In this document: piece after piece, positions 61,819 to 64,000 of the stretch
Layout: each line of letters begins with the position of its first letter
How positions within the stretch are numbered: the stretch's first letter is position 1
Source: Selaginella moellendorffii
Lineage: Eukaryota > Plantae > Lycopodiophyta
Direction: 5' to 3'
NCBI RefSeq assembly: GCF_000143415.4
Contig: NW_003314277.1
Span: 911,818 to 975,817 of the forward strand
Length of the DNA stretch: 64,000 nt
Position numbers and translations under genes: made by a program
The notes under the pieces: generated by a model
The model's database searches: none
The model's input: the letters and a program-made list of their open reading frames with translations, nothing else
What the model was told of the DNA's origin: nothing

Positions 61819-62286
61819 GATGGCATGTATTTATTTAAAAATGTAACTTATTATGGCATGGGGTTCCATGCCATTGTATTAATATTAAAAGACAATTCTT
61901 TGAGAGGATTTGCATTATACTAGAAGTGTTACAGCATGTTATTGGAAGTCTACGAAGTTGTTTTATTAATAAGGGGAAAGTAAAGATTGAATGGGGACTT
62001 GGGCTCCACCTAGACTCGAAGCAACTGAGCCAATATTAAAAGGATGGAAAGAAATTGGACGACGATGACAAAGAGAAGAGAGAGGTGAAGCAGTGGCAGG
62101 GGGAGGAGAAGTGATTGAGTAGACATTTCCTTGTTTAAAATAAAATGGCATGTGCCTCAATGCAGTTGAATTTTGTTATATTTATATACTATATAAAGGT
62201 TTGGAAACTTTATTTTACAAGTGGGATAATGACAATTCCCACTTTAACGAAATAGAGCTTATGTATTTTGTGTACTGTATGATAAA

Positions 62287-62722
62287 TTGGGTTTGGATCC
62301 TCTCTGTGGCCCCATCTATCACTGGGGGAACTTCATGGTGGAATTCCCCAATGGGGACATGAAGATGGTGGATCACGTGCTGTTTCGTCGCTCCCCATTT
62401 ACGAGGCTCGATGTGCCAATTGTGGTGGTGGAGATAGCGTTCTTCAACAAGAGCCACGAGAAGTTGAGGGAGAACGTTGCGAGGATCATGGAGGCCGCAA
62501 GTGTCAAGGTGGTGATTGGTATTAGCGCTTGCATCAATGATGCAGACAAGATCTATTTCAAGGCATGGGGAGATTTGGGATTATGATCGGCTTGAGGGGG
62601 AGGAGTGCTTCTCTGTTGCAACAAAATCCTTGTTTCAGGACATGGAAAATCTGCCTCCTGGCATGGGGGATGTTTTCAATTACCCTTTGAGGGCAAATTC
62701 AGAGGATGCTTTGTATGCGTGA
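62287..62722 (+). pseudogene. Uma2/PD-(D/E)xK restriction-endonuclease-like fragment
   Basis: VDHVLF..VPIVVVEIAFFNKSHEKLRE..VKVVIGI resembles the PxxVVEIA signature; frameshift near 62570. Confidence 0.5.
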
Positions 62723-62942
62723 GGTGACAAGAACAAGTTTTGGTGATGGAATGCTTCATAGATGCTTAGAAAACCACGAAGTAATGCTTTTAGAACAAGT
62801 ACAATCAAATACGACCAACTTTCCCTCTTTCTTTCGGTGGCTTACCATTCAGACGATGGTCTCTTGCAACCAGGAGATCGGCCTTGAAATCAAGGCTCCG
62901 CTCAACTCGTGCAGCAAACGAACTTCAAGCTCAGAGAAACGT

Positions 62943-63822
62943 TCACCACCTCTCTCGTCCAAAGTCTCCTGTGCACGCTTGCTCTCGCCAAATATCCACG
63001 GACTCGGGCATGTCAAAGTTGATTACACGCGGCTCCCACTGAAGATTATGTTGGTGATTAGAAGCAACCCACGCTGGCAGAAAGCGCGATAGTCTCTTCC
63101 TGGTGCGTTGCAGCCACTTCAAAAAGACTTTCCATCCAGAAGCAACCAGTTCCACCTGCAATACCGAGTTGCAGTAGACTGTCATTATGTTGCTCCTTGT
63201 CCGAAACAACTTCCACACTTCCCCGAGCTTGGCGAGCTTGCCACTGGCGCTCATAGAAGGGCTTGACTGAGCTTAAGGTGAAGCTTGGCCTGGGAATCCT
63301 GCTCGTCTTGCCCTTGGAGAACGTTGTGACGATTTCTCCTACACCGTTTAGTGAGTGGATCCCCAAGGTCACATCGGGGCTCCAAAGGATGGAGCATATT
63401 ACCTCCAGATGTACTTTTTTTGTGGAAGCCAGCACATTGGTCTCTACGAGAACTGCTCTGTGTGGCTTCCAAGTCGTACTGTCCCCACACAATACCTCCT
63501 GCATCCTGTCCAAAGTCCCGAGTACAATTCTGGGTGAAAGTTCATCTGTGATCGCTGGCTTGCTGAAGCAAGTTACCTTAACTTCAAACAGTTCCAGGCC
63601 GTCCACGAAGGCCTGCAACAGCTCCACAAGCTGAGGACTATGGCCTGTAGCGAGAACTATTGACGCAATGCTTGCTGAATCGGGAATGAGGCCTGGCATG
63701 AAGGCCATAATGCTAGACCAACTGGGCTGCATTGCAGAAGCACGGGTTGAGCAAACTAAGTTGTTGTCATCAACAAGAACAAGTGTGAGAAGTGTCTCTT
63801 GGGGGCTGCAAAACCTCCACAA
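62943..63822 (-). pseudogene. Highly degenerate DEAD-box (eIF4A-like) RNA helicase
   Basis: RIVLGTLDRMQEVL (cf. IVVGTPGRV), KLAKL..VYCNS..VE (cf. KL..L..IFVNT..VD), VINFDMPES..TGDFGRE (cf. VINYDLP..SGRFGRK). Catalytic motifs are lost and a frameshift is present. Confidence 0.55.
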
Positions 63823-64000
63823 AAGGGTTAAAATATGATTAAATACAGGAATCTATAAAATTAAAATTTTAAAAAATAATTTGATGGATGGAATATGAGA
63901 TATTTATATTTTATTATCTCCAAAACCTTAAATTATATACAGAAGTGAGTGGTCCGAATTAAAACTAATCACATGGTTATCAAAATCCCACTACACTAAT

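Larger units (their letters stand above)
49151..62165. repeat. Dispersed 22-bp imperfect palindrome family ATGGCRTG-W-GGCC-W-CAYGCCAT (~25 copies)
   Basis: Copies start at 49151, 49240, 49840, 50000, 50146, 51488, 51545, 53391, 53461, 53559, 54171, 54247, 55103, ~55182, 55341, ~55477, 56246, 56323, 56383, 57660, 59162, 59303, 61853 and 62145, plus partial copies. Confidence 0.93.
48790..62200. mobile_element. Large (~13 kb) two-gene DNA transposon-like element; ends not resolved
   Basis: Divergent transposase and accessory genes, internal tandem repeats, and a private 22-bp palindrome restricted to this interval. No TIR or TSD identified by eye. Confidence 0.75.

Noticed and set aside
48760-61930. 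TCTAG..TATAA / TTATA..CTAGA as terminal inverted repeats of the large element
   Set aside because: Too short and gapped, no TSD, and a palindrome copy lies beyond it at 62145.
49151-62165. CRISPR array interpretation of the recurring palindrome
   Set aside because: Spacing is irregular (tens of bp to kb), copies sit in introns, there are no cas genes, and the context is eukaryotic.

Overview
This is a compact, intron-rich plant genomic window: introns are mostly 45-60 nt, TTTAGGG repeats are present, and the gene content resembles the lycophyte Selaginella (inferred, not proven). 1-10 kb holds housekeeping genes: the GAPN/ALDH11 5' end, RPB9, an A1 aspartic protease, PDAT, a secreted Cys-rich peptide and an F-box gene. 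10.9-20 kb is a TE nest: a REase-kinase relic, a Copia with very short LTRs carrying a nested TRIM, and a decayed hAT. 20.5-36.5 kb is a mosaic of local duplications: a twin-CX9C gene head-to-head with a PhyH-type dioxygenase, two dirigent genes, a tRNA-Ser relic, a second Copia with an internal inverted duplication, and PhyH and CCR pseudogenes. 37-48 kb holds a trihelix factor, an epsin/ENTH gene and a CENP-E-like kinesin-7. The most unusual part is ~48.8-62.2 kb, a ~13 kb DNA-transposon-like element with two divergent genes. One is a DDE transposase (DUF7869/Sola-like, with Tnp1/En-Spm-like N-terminal repeats). The other is a reconstructable ~1,600-aa spliced ORF joining a ParB/Srx-like domain, a degenerate beta-class amino-methyltransferase-like domain, an acidic linker and an FCP1/HAD phosphatase-like domain. 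About 25 copies of a 22-bp palindrome (ATGGCRTG-W-GGCC-W-CAYGCCAT) occur only in this element, mostly in its introns and non-coding parts. This suggests a transposon-encoded ParB/parS-like self-recognition system, possibly anti-silencing. All domain calls are from motif recognition by eye; no searches were run.
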